Source: Felis catus (lineage: Eukaryota). From it: 64,000 nucleotides of DNA. A program made the translations under genes and the position numbers. The notes beneath the pieces are model-generated. The model saw only the letters and a list, made by a program, of their open reading frames with translations. It was not told the DNA's origin and did no database searches. Location: NCBI RefSeq assembly GCF_018350175.1, contig NC_058369.1, forward strand, positions 13,702,001 to 13,766,000, given 5' to 3'. Positions 1-13,258 of the stretch are shown here, piece after piece. How positions within the stretch are numbered: the stretch's first letter is position 1; each line of letters begins with the position of its first letter.

Positions 1-417
1 GGACTTAGCAGGCCTTCAATAAAATGTTTTTGCCTTCCAGAGGAGGCAGAACCACTGTTTGGCTCTTAGTCCCTCTAAATATCAGATATACATGAATTCC
101 TGCCAGTACTTACTAAGCACGTACTGTGTACCAGGCATGGTGGTGACCAGGGAGACTGAAACTCCTACTAAGATTCTAGTAGGGGAGATGAAATGATACA
201 TAATGAAATAAAATGGGGCAGTGCCTATATTAGGCAGGCTGGAGGGATATGTAGCCTGCCATGCTGAGATTCAGGGGACTAGTGTGCCAGGAAGAGGAAG
301 CAGCTTGTGCAAAGGCCCTGAGGTGGGGTCCGCCTTGGTGTGTGGGAAGAAATGGGCACCCTGCGCCTAGCACATAGGAGTCCCACGAGTTACCAGTTTC
401 TCTTTCTCTCTCCACAG
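1..417 (+). repeat. Local duplicate of the 3' part of the GDF15 intron (paralog of about 5103-5520), L2-derived core
   Basis: Manual alignment: about 90% identity over the first ~325 nt including a 50-nt exact match (GGGAGACTGAAACTCC...GAAATGATAC); weaker similarity to the terminal CAG. Confidence 0.92.
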
Positions 418-2136
418 GAAACCTCCAGCCTAGCATCTCTTCTGCCCATGAGAAATCCTGCTCCCACTGCCAAGGCCACTATGAGTCTTATGGTCCCCGA
501 GGCACCACGTGGGCCTGGGAGTCAGCTCCTTGTCACCCCAGAGGAAGCATCCAGGCCCCTGGAACACCAGATCCACAAAAAGACTGGACATACACCACTT
601 GGGATATGTCTCATAGCTTCACCACAATGCTGCCACTTTGCCTCTGAGCCCACAGGTCAGAATGGCAGCACTTAGGGTGAGGCAGGCACTAGCTAATGTC
701 CACATCTTGAAACTTAATTCCTAACAGATCCTGAGTGCACATTCCAACAGACCTTGTCCCCTGACTCCCTCCCTGCCTATGAGTCCTCCTTACATCCCTG
801 TGAAGAGATGATGGGGGGTGCCATTACCACCTTTTACGGACAGGGAAACTGAAGCTCATTTATCACAAGCTGGGGGTTGAGGACTCACAGATCATGAGGG
901 AAAACAGTCCAGCCTTTAGCTGCTCTTCCTTCCCCCAAATTCATTTCTCTTCCTTCCTCTCCTCATCAAACCTACCTTCAGCTACCCAGAGACCCACAGA
1001 AGTGCCTGCCTCCCCAGTACACATGGGGCACAGAGAAAGGGGACACAGTGAGAAAGAGAGAAGCAACCCCAGGCTTGGAGAGGGGGCCGGCTCCCCACTG
1101 CTTGGGTTGGGGTCATCCAAGGGTTCAAAAGGGGTGGGGTCTGGGGCAAGTGGCTTTTGTGGCGACACACTCTGTCCTGAGGAAATCCCAGAGGAAGTCA
1201 GTTTGGAATTGGGCTCCCTGCTCCCAAGGCATGCAGTTTCCCCGGACAATACAGGAGGCATCATCTGGCTTTGGGGGAGCAGAGTTGGCTTTCTACTTGC
1301 CTTGGGGGCACCTGGCACGTTTCTGGGGCTCCCTTCACATCTCAGGTTTCTATCCCGCTCGAGATCTCTCTTTAGGACAAACCGTTCCTGCTGAAAGTGA
1401 CTGTGTCTTTCCCCAAAGGAGGGTTTGGGCCCTACATCCTCTGGCCGTCTTCTCCCTGACGCCCAGAGTTCCTGTGAATGCCTTGTCTGAAGCCCCTGTG
1501 CCTGGGACCCCAGGGTCTGCTGGACTTTACCCAAACTTGACACCCCGGAAGGCAAATAAAACAGCTTAAATAGGTGATTTCTCACGTCCTCGTGAGAGGT
1601 TAGCCTCCACCAGGGTTGTCCTCTGCCTGGGGGCATCAGTGGGCAGAAGGGGCCCTGATTCACAAGGATCTCTGTCCTTGGCGTGTGACCTGGTGCCCAG
1701 TTTGTGTTGGCTCTTATGAGTTTGCTGAGTTAAGAATGGTAAGATTCCTGTACTTAATGTTCTCCTTCCTCACGACCCACACTGCTTTTGTTCTATGCAC
1801 AGAGAGTTTGAGTACTTGCCTATGGTCACACAGCAAAGTGGGTGGCACTAGGATTTGAATCACGATCGTGCTGACCCACAGCGTGTGCAAAAATTTCCAC
1901 TCCCTGTGTGTTCTCCCCACAGCCCTGACTCAGAATGCCACTGCCACTTTTTACAGATGGGGAAACCGAGGCCCTGCCGGTTGATGCCTTGTCCCACATG
2001 TCATGGCCAGGGAGAAGGGGGCCAGAATGTCAACCCAGGCCAGCTTCTCTGGAGCTGACAAATGTCCAGTCTGTTGGGACCTGGATCAGGAAAAACTCTT
2101 TATGAGGCTTTTAAATTTGGGGGGGGGGGGAAGAGA

Positions 2137-2180
2137 GGAAGGAAGGAAGGAAGGAAGGAAGGAAGGAAGGAAGGAAGGAA
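2137..2180 (+). repeat. (GGAA)11 microsatellite
   Basis: Perfect tandem read directly. Confidence 0.97.
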
Positions 2181-3884
2181 CAGTCCTAGACAGAGGGAAC
2201 TTCAGAATCCTATCACAGGCTTAGAAATGCCAGGAAACAGTCAGCCAAAGGCTGGTCTCCAGTGTGGAGCTGCCCCCTACAATCTTACTTGCCCCTCCTG
2301 GTTTGGTTCCCTTAAGAGAAAAGTATATGAACGGCGCCTGCAGCGTGAACTCTGGTGAAAGTTGGCATCTCACCATTATTGATCTTGCAGGGATGCTGCC
2401 CCACCCACCCCAGGTGAGGTCAGACCTAGGCACTGGTGACCCTTGCTGACCTGCCCTTACCACGTTAGGATTACTCAGCACTCTGGCTCACCTCTGGCGC
2501 CTGGCCTCTGCGGAGGGCATAGCAGTGCGGCCGCACAGTGGCCCCAGCTCCTTGTCCAGTCAGCGCAGGACCCTTTTTGAGCTCTTACTGTGTGGGCCAA
2601 GCTGGTGGGGCAAGAGGCCCATCTTCCCAACAGCCCCTGTCAACATGGTAGTGACTTACTAAGCACCTGAATGCCCCGGGCATCACAGAGGGATACTTGA
2701 GACCCATAGCTGGGCGGTAATCCCACTGCAGAGAGGCTGAGACTGAGACTCGGCGGAGGTGGGGGGGGGGGGGTTGCTGAGCCTTGGCTGGGCTCACACA
2801 GCCAGTGGGTGCATGTTGGGGGTGGCGGGGAGGCCCGACCGTGTTCCTGCAGTGTGGGGATTTGCTGTGTGACCCGCAGCAAGCCCTTGTCACCTCTTGC
2901 CTGCACACGCTGTCACACTTTACACATCCCCACGATCCGCCTCAACTGCTGCCCATCTTCCCTGTGGCCAAGAAACAGGCACAGGGGCCAGTGCCTGGGG
3001 CCAGAGGAGAAGGGTCTGAGGGGAAGGCCTGGGTCTTCCTAGGGCACCCCTTGCCCTTCCACCATCTGGTGGCGGGCCTGATAACAGCCCTCCAATTCCC
3101 TGCCCCCTCCACTCTGGACTGGGCCCCAGAGTATCTTCATCTCTGTCCAAGTCTTCAAAGGGCCTCCAGTCTGGGGCAGACAGAGCCAAGCACAGATACT
3201 CCCAGTGCTGTGAGGTCAGGTCTGCGCTGAAGGAAAGGATGGGGGTTGGGAGCATGCGGCTGAGCCTGGAAAGGTAATGGTAGGCAAGGCTTCCTGGAGG
3301 AGGAGCTCTTTGGGTAGGGTTTTGAAGAACGAGCAGGAGTTCCCCCTAAGGATCAGGGACTGCAAAAACACTCAGTCCATCACACGACCTCCTATGGGTC
3401 TGGCCCTGTCGTTTATGCCCCATTTGAATTTCTCTCCAGTGAAAGTCTCAGTTCTTGTTTTCCGGATGAAGAAACAGACGTGGGATGAAGGGGAATGACT
3501 TGCCTAAGGTTGTACCTCCTGGCTCTTTCTCCTCTGCTTCCTTTGGTTTTCAACATCTGGAGCCTTTGACCCTAACCAGGAAGGGAGAGAGAAAATCCCA
3601 TGAGGGAGAAGACCTCCTCTTAAGGGCTTGCTATGGAATTGAGCACATAGAAATAAGTCTTTTTCTGACAAAAGCATTCTTTTCACCAGTCCACCAAGCT
3701 GGAAGGAAGTCCCCATTTCATAGAGGATACTGAGGCTCAAAGAGGCTTCTGGGGGGGGAGGGCGTCCCCCACTTCCCCAGGAGAACTCCCCAGAAGGGCC
3801 TCCCCCTTAAAAGCAGCCCAAGACTCAGCCATGTATGGTCCCTGGAGTGTTTACTCTGCACCCAGAGCGGAAGGGACCAGGCAG

Positions 3885-3915
3885 GCGGGGGCGGACAAAG
3901 TCCGGGGATTATAAA
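3885..3915 (+). promoter_or_regulatory. GDF15 core promoter: GC box/EGR1-Sp1 site (GCGGGGGCGG) and TATA box (TTATAAA, 3909-3915)
   Basis: Motifs read directly, TATA about 55 nt upstream of the ATG; layout matches the human GDF15 proximal promoter as I recall it. Confidence 0.85.
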
Positions 3916-3967
3916 GGCCAGTCCAGCAGCGTCCGGTGTCTCAGTTCAGAACTCAGCTAGCACAGGC

Positions 3968-6167
3968 ATGCCTGGGCCTGGACCCACACCACCAATGCTG
4001 CTGATGCTGCTGATGCTGCTGATGCTCTGCTGGCTGCCTTCGGGAGGTGCCCTGTCTTTGGCCCAGGAGCACCTCCCGGCCTTTCCGGGACCCTCAGAAG
4101 CTCGCTCCGGTACGGATGTCTCCAGATTCGAGGAGTTTCGGAAACTCTACGAACACCTGCAGACCAGGTTGCGGTTGAACCAAAGCTGGGAAGACTCAAA
4201 CCCTGACCGAGTCATCTCTGAAGCTCAAGTCCGGATACTCACTCCAAAGCGTGAGTGAAATCTAGGAGACCGGCGCCCCCTGTGCAGCTACCATCATCTA
4301 ACCAGTGGTTCTGAGACACAGGGACCCAGACCTGCCACCGAGCCTCAGTTTCCTTATCTGTGAACCGGACAAGAACATCCCCCCTAGGGGCTTCGGGGGG
4401 TGGGGGGGGGAGGTGGTGGCCGGGTTTATGCCAAGACTAGGCGGGGTGTGGCCAAAGTGAGATGTTCAAGATCGCAGATGGGGAAACTGAGGCCCAGCGA
4501 GTCTCTTGAAAACTCACAGAGCCTGGAATTTCCAGAAACAAAATCGGGCGCGGGGTGGGGGTGGGGTCCCTGTCCTTGGGTTTAGGGGTGGGGGAGGGCA
4601 CGCAATCTAGGAGAAGGGATGCAGGGGCGGGGACGAGAGGAGCGCAGCCCAGGGATAGGCCGAATCTGTCCGTACTGGTTCCCAGTCTGATGCAATCCCT
4701 TGACAAGCCACTGCTCAAGTCTCACGTAGCAGGTGCCTTGGGGGGGGGGGGTATTTTCTGCCCCCTCCACGGAGGCTCTAGGGGGTAGAGAGGGCGGAAG
4801 GAGATCTGGGCTGCGCTAACTGGGAGGGGTTAGGGAAAGAGCGTCAAACCAGAAGGGGGCGCTATTATCCCACCCTAACCCTACGTGTGCTGTGAGACTC
4901 CAGGCATGCCTCTCGCTCTCTGTGAGCCTGGTGACTGAGTCCAGGGCCCTCAAACCCTAGTCTGCTCCCTATCCCCAACACCTGTACCAGCCTGGGGGCC
5001 TGAGGATCCTGGGGAGCCAGGCACCCTTCATTTCTCAGACATGGAAACCAAGATCCAGAGAGTTGAAAACACAGCAGCTGGTTGTTGTAGCCCCAGCCCC
5101 AGGCACCTAGTAGCCCTTCAATAAAACGTTTTTGACTTCCAGAGGAGGCAGAACCACTGTTTGGCTCTTAGTGCCTCTCAAAATCAGATCCACATGAATT
5201 CCTGCCAGTACTGACCAAGCACCCACTGTGTACCAGGCATGGTGGTGACCGGGGAGACTGAAACTCCTACTAAGATTCTAGTAGGGGAGATGAAATGATA
5301 CCCAATGAAAGAAAATAGGGCAGTGCCTATGTTAGGCAGGCTGGAGGAACACGTAGCCTGCCATGCTGAGATTCAGGGGACTAGTGTGCCGGGAAGGGGA
5401 AGCAGCTAGTGCAAAGGCCCTGAGGTAGGATCCAGGTTGGGGGGGGGGGCGGGGAATGGGCACTTGCGCCTGGTGCACATAGGCCCGTCACTGACTGACC
5501 GGCTCTCTTCTCTCCCTCAGTGCGACTTGGGCTGGGCGGCCACCTGCACCTGCGCATCGCCCGGGCTGACCTGACGAAGGGGCTCCCCGCATCCTTCCGC
5601 CTGCATCGCGCGCTGCTCAGGCTGTCCCCGACGGAGCTGAGCTCGTGGGACGTGACGCGGCCGCTGCGGCGTCAGCTCAGCCTTGGAGGTTCCGGGGCGC
5701 CCACCCTCCACCTGCGACTGTTGCCTCAGAGGGACCGCTCGCCGGCGGCGTTGCCTTCTTCGGCACGTCCCCAGCTTGAGCTGCACTGGCGGCCACGCGC
5801 GGCCAGAGGGCGCCGCAACGCGCATGCGCGCTCCAAGGACGACTGCCCCCTGGGGGCGGGGCGCTGCTGCCGCCTGCAAAGCTTGCGCGCGTCGCTCGAG
5901 GACTTGGGATGGGCCAGCTGGGTGGTGGCGCCTCGCGAGCTGGACGTGCGCATGTGTATCGGCGCGTGCCCAAGCCAGTTCCGGTCGGCCAACACGCACG
6001 CGCAGATGCAGGCGCGCCTGCACGGCCTGAACCCCGACGCGACGCCGGCGCCGTGCTGCGTGCCCGCCCGCTACGAGCCGGTGGTGCTCATGCACCAAGA
6101 CAGCGACGGTCGGGTGTCGCTTACGCCCTTCGACGACCTCGTGGCCAAGGACTGCCACTGCCTATGA
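3968..6167 (+). CDS. GDF15: Growth/differentiation factor 15 precursor (TGF-beta superfamily), 309 aa; exons 3968-4250 and 5521-6167
   Basis: Exon 1: signal peptide and NQSWEDSN propeptide motif, donor AAGC|gtgagt. Exon 2: acceptor ctcag|TGCGA, phase 1 joins to LRLG. RGRR furin site and cystine-knot mature domain (CPLGAGRCC...CIGACPSQFR...PCCVP...DCHCL). 283+647=930 nt, in frame. Confidence 0.98.
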
Positions 6168-6399
6168 GCGGTCCTAGTCTTTCGCTTACGGCTCGTGCGC
6201 AGTGGAAGTGACCTCAGAGGTCCTTGCCTGTCGAAGGGGCTTGTGGGTCCTGAGATACCCGATTTCGCACCACTGCTCTCTACCCCGTCCGGCGGAGACC
6301 GCTGTATTTATGTTTGTATTTATTATTAACTTATTGGGGGGATCTGCCTGGGGACTGGAGGGGCTGGTCTGACGGTGTGCATTTATTTAAAACCGTGGT

Positions 6400-6405
6400 A
6401 ATAAA
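6400..6405 (+). terminator. GDF15 polyadenylation signal AATAAA
   Basis: AATAAA about 230 nt after the stop, downstream of AU-rich elements. Confidence 0.8.
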
Positions 6406-9400
6406 AATGAAGTTGTCTGACCCGAGCCCCGATGGTCGTCCAGGATGGAGCTGGTGACCCTGGGAAGAACCTTCCGCTCCCTGAGCTCAGTTCTCACAGG
6501 GGACCTGGTATTAGGGTGAGTGGAACTGCTCAGGGAACGGGTGGTGGGGCGTTCTGGGATGCCAAGCAATTGGATGGTGCTCGTGACGCCAGTGCCCCTC
6601 AAAGACACCCTTCTCTCTGTCTCTGCTTCTCTGTCTCTCGTCCCTCTGTTTCTGAGACCCTTCTGGGTGTCCCTCTCCCTCCATATCTCATCTCTCAGTA
6701 TTCCTGCTTCTGTGGTGATACGGTCCTCTCTCTATCACTGTCCTGCTGGCTCTCCTTGCATTGGAGTCCCCTTTCCGAACACAGGCAGCCATCCGTCTGC
6801 AATCAGGCATATTGTGTGTGATGTCGCCCCTGACCTCGAAGGACCCCATCACTTCTGTTTGTGGCACATCACTCTATGTTAAGGGTACCTCTATTCTTTC
6901 AGATAAAAAGAGCTGGGCTGGGGGCGGGGGGGGGGGGTGGGGGGGAGAAGGGGGGGGTGGGGAGGACCGCACCCTGCATGGCAGAGGCGGCCGGGAGTCC
7001 CAGGCCTCTGCCTGCACTTGGTTTCCACCAGCCCACAAACAACAGCATGGCAGCCATCCCCTGCAGCGTCTTGCTGGTGGCCACCCTCGACTATCACTGG
7101 CACCGCCTGGGTTCCACTTCCAGTAACACCTCCTGCGGAAGGGCAGAGTATCCTGGGGAAGCCATCCCTCACCACCCCAGTTCCCCAAGACTAACCCGGG
7201 TCACTGATGGGCAAGCTGCTTTTTGGGGAAGTCCACTCTCCCATTCGCGGCCACAGTGTTGGGAGTCCCCAGAACCCTCAGAATCTCTCCAGGCCTCCAG
7301 TGGCAGGATCACCTGTGACTTGGCTCTGGAAGCTATATGAGGACACAGCTTGGTGGCCAGCCTGACAAGGCTAACGCCTGGCCCCAGTCCTGAGTGGGCA
7401 CCACCAGGCACCAGCCTTCAGGAGGCGGTAGGCTCATCAGAGCCCATCCCTCCCCTCCCCGTAGACCAGGCAGGCTGCAGCAAGCAGACCAGTGGTTTCT
7501 TTTCTATCAAAACAGCAAAACACTAAAAAGGAGGTTGAGAGAATCCCACTCTCTACTATCCAAGCCACAAGCATGCCTTTCTGACGCTCTGTTATTGTGT
7601 GCCTTGCACCAAGTGGAAAATCTACTCCAAGCAGCTAAGTTAAAAACAAAAAATGGGGAAATAAATACATTGTGAGGAACATTTTCATGCACACTGCATC
7701 TCCAATGTTATGAGTCTTCCCACTTAGGATCTTGGAATCCCCAGGATGTGCCAAATCCAGGCCCGTCCCACACCCAACTGCCTGTCCATCCTGAGAATCT
7801 CTGATAGGAAATGTTACCGGGGCCTGGGGAAGAGAGTGCCTACTTCCAGCAGTGAGTGAGGTGTGTCCCCTGTGAATGCTGCCACCCAGAGGCAGACCTG
7901 AGTGACTGTAGGTGCCCCTGAATGTATTCGGTGAATGCCCACTTTGTGTCAGGCCTTGATTGGGCACTGAGGACACAGAAATACCAAGACAGGCAAAAAA
8001 GCATCCCATTTGAGCTCAGTCGAGTGAGGAATATAGGTGAATGCAAAGAAAAATAATAAGAAAGTAGTGGACGGTGGGAAGAATTGTGCTGAGAAGTCAA
8101 TCCAGGCCATCTATTAATGAATGGAGTCAGAGGTGATTTAGATGGTCGGCGGAGCAGGGGGGACTCCCTGAGGAAATGATATATGAACTGAGACCTGGAA
8201 GAACAGGACCCGGGGGAGTTGGAGGATAAGCATTTGTGGCATAAGAGCAGGTGCAAAGGCCCTGGGGTGGAAACAAGCTCGGTGTTCAACAGCAAAACTG
8301 TTGAAGATGGGGCCAGAGAGGTGGGGGGGGGGGGAAGAAGCCACCAAATCTCATGGGTGATGGTGAGGGTGTGGGTCTAGTTGAAGAGCCATGAATTAGA
8401 CATAGGAGCTGGGGAGGGCTGGGATCTGATTCATGCCAGAGGCAAGAAAGATGACTGGGGACAGGAGTGGCCACTTGAACAGTGTCTAGGGTGGGCATGC
8501 AGGGAATTAAGGTAGTAAAGACCCTCATAGTTTCCCTCTCCCGCCCCAGATCATTCCCAAGTGTTGGGGAACCCAAGGGAGCCTCAAAATTAATACCAAG
8601 GTCACCCAAAGCCAGCAGATGCCGTATTGAGCCTCTCCCCAAATAACAGCTGTTGCCTTTGCTGAACATTGTGTTGCCCGTGGGCCTTTTTATCCCTCTA
8701 GGCTGCTGCTTGTCAGGCTGGTCCCCCTACCCAGTATGCGTGTCCTCTCCACTTCTCAAACACTTAACGCATTCTTCAAAACCCACTCCGGATTCCCTTC
8801 TTATATGCAGCCTTTTCTCAGCTCCTTCGTTCATCTCCCTCTGGGGCCCTTGACCCCATCCCTCCCTCCAGGCCAGGCTTGACCTCTCAGGACTGAGGGT
8901 GCCTGTGTCCAGCTGTCTCCCCTAGATTGGAGGGTTGGCAGGAGCCAGGCTGGAAGCAGCTGACAGGACACCCAGCTGAGGCATGAGAATTTGAACAAAC
9001 TCTTAAAAGACACTGAGACTCAGTTCCTGACAAGAAACCAAGGAAGCCTTCTTAGAGGAAGTGGCATTGAGCCTGACCTTGAAGGGTGAGTTAAGATATC
9101 TCCGCATATTCAAGCTAAAACAGCTGCAGAGACACTAACTCTAATTGCCTTGTACAGATGGGGGAACTGAGGTCCTGTTAATGGCAGAGTCAGGACTTGG
9201 ACCCGTGCCCCCTGACGCCCAGAGACCAGAGTTCTGCATCTGTATTAAGATATTTAACAGTGTGACAAAGTGAAAGGGGATGGCATCCTGGGTGAAAGGA
9301 ATGGCATGGGCAAATGACAACTTCAGGAGCAAGGTGGAGTTGGTGGTGAGGAGGCCTATACCAGAAGGACAGAGGGATGGGAGGGGACAGTGAGCTGGGC

Positions 9401-9970
9401 AGGGCAGGATCACGCAGGCCTCAACCCCCAGGCTGAGGTCCTGGGGGCCCTGGGGAATCCATGGAGGGTATGTGAGCAGGGGAGGAACACAGTACCATTC
9501 ATAAGTTATAATGATCCCTCTGGGGCTGGTATGGGCTGCCCTGGGGGCTAAGCCTGGGTATCAGGTACCCGGGAAGGCAGCCTAAGAGGGACAGAGGGGA
9601 GAGACCAAGGGTGGGGAACAATTCAGGAGTCTCAGAGATCAAGGAACCCACTCACCCTGAGCCAGCAGCCTTGTCAGCCCTGCAGTATTTATTGAGCACG
9701 TCCAGTACTCTCCCAGGAGGGTGACAATGGCATTCACAAACTGACCCTCCTGTCCCCATACCAGGGCCTCTCCTCTTCCCCTTCCAGCAGCTGCGGGAGG
9801 TGAGAAGCAGAGCGGGGGGCTGGAGAGGGAGCTACAGAGCCTCCCTGGGGCTTTAGGGACGGTCCTTCTCTGTCCCCATTCCTCAGGTGGGAAAACGGAG
9901 GCCAGGGAAGAGCCAGAATTGCTCCCAGTCAGCCGGAAGGCAGCAGGTGTGAGTTCAGGGCATCAAAGAC

Positions 9971-13166
<3,196 letters not shown>

Positions 13167-13211
13167 CTAGGCAGAGACACCAGAATCCAAGCCCCGACCT
13201 TAGCCTGTGTA

Positions 13212-13258
13212 TTAATATTAATGTCAATGTTAATATTAATGTCAATGTTAATATTAAT
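13212..13258. repeat. AT-rich 18-bp tandem repeat (TTAATATTAATGTCAATG x2.6)
   Basis: Units at 13212, 13230 and partial at 13248. Confidence 0.92.

Noticed and set aside
2500-2536. CTCF-like motif and 12-bp palindrome GTGCGGCCGCAC upstream of GDF15
   Set aside because: Several core mismatches; palindrome of this length is not significant alone
3964-3983. p53 response elements (AGGCATGCCT at 3964 and 4902, AAGCATGCCT at 7569, GGGCTTGCCC at 22455)
   Set aside because: Only single perfect half-sites with poor adjacent halves. The 3964 site is positionally like the human exon 1 element but is too degenerate to call.
4251-5520. MIR3189-like hairpin, which is annotated in the human GDF15 intron
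   Set aside because: I could not identify a matching or convincing hairpin here
5517-6211. Antisense and alternate-frame ORFs over GDF15 exon 2
   Set aside because: Shadow ORFs of a very GC-rich coding exon
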